NCBI RefSeq assembly: GCF_018977255.1 | Contig: NW_024704743.1 | Span: 68,078,001-68,142,000, forward strand | Source of the DNA: Callorhinchus milii | Lineage: Eukaryota | DNA: 64,000 nt | Reading direction: 5' to 3' | Shown: in pieces, positions 63,831 through 64,000 of the stretch | Numbering within the stretch: position 1 is the first letter of the stretch | Layout: every line of letters begins with the position of its first letter | Position numbers and translations under genes: made by a program | The notes under the pieces: model-generated | The model's database searches: none | Seen by the model: the letters and a program-made list of their open reading frames with translations, nothing else | What the model was told of the DNA's origin: nothing

Positions 63831-64000
63831 GCATCCTGCGCTGTTAGACTATTAGAATGTGGGTTCTTATTTTACTACAGTTGTTGTGTTGTTAGACCGT
63901 ATATAGATTTATTTTTGATCATCACACAGCTTGCAATGTGAAACAGTAACTACCATAGTCTACAGCTTGATGTGACTCTCAAATAGGGAAACACTGTAAT

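Overview
Repeat-rich vertebrate intergenic or intronic DNA. The repeat set (L2 and CR1 LINEs, Deu-type SINEs) suggests a cartilaginous fish; this is inference, not a database result. I found no host protein-coding gene, true tRNA/rRNA gene or CRISPR array. Nearly all ORF-track hits are LINE ORF2 remnants, their antisense frames, SINE translations or simple repeats. Main content: (i) two L2 families, including a 5'-truncated young copy with an open RT domain (4969-6895) and a reconstructable full-length, apparently ORF1-less copy (7965-12348) interrupted by two insertions; (ii) many copies of a tRNA-Ala-headed SINE that shares a covarying 3' stem-loop with the L2s; (iii) older Deu-type SINEs, CR1 remnants and a hAT-like MITE; (iv) a relic CCHC-bearing LINE with a dispersed 3' UTR; (v) inverted repeats outside the common families (41308-41393, 44773-45058, 62085-62738). 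I see no convincing new biological system. The best leads are the LINE-SINE recognition structure, the chimeric SINE and the orphan inverted repeats. Boundaries of old elements are approximate and were read by eye.
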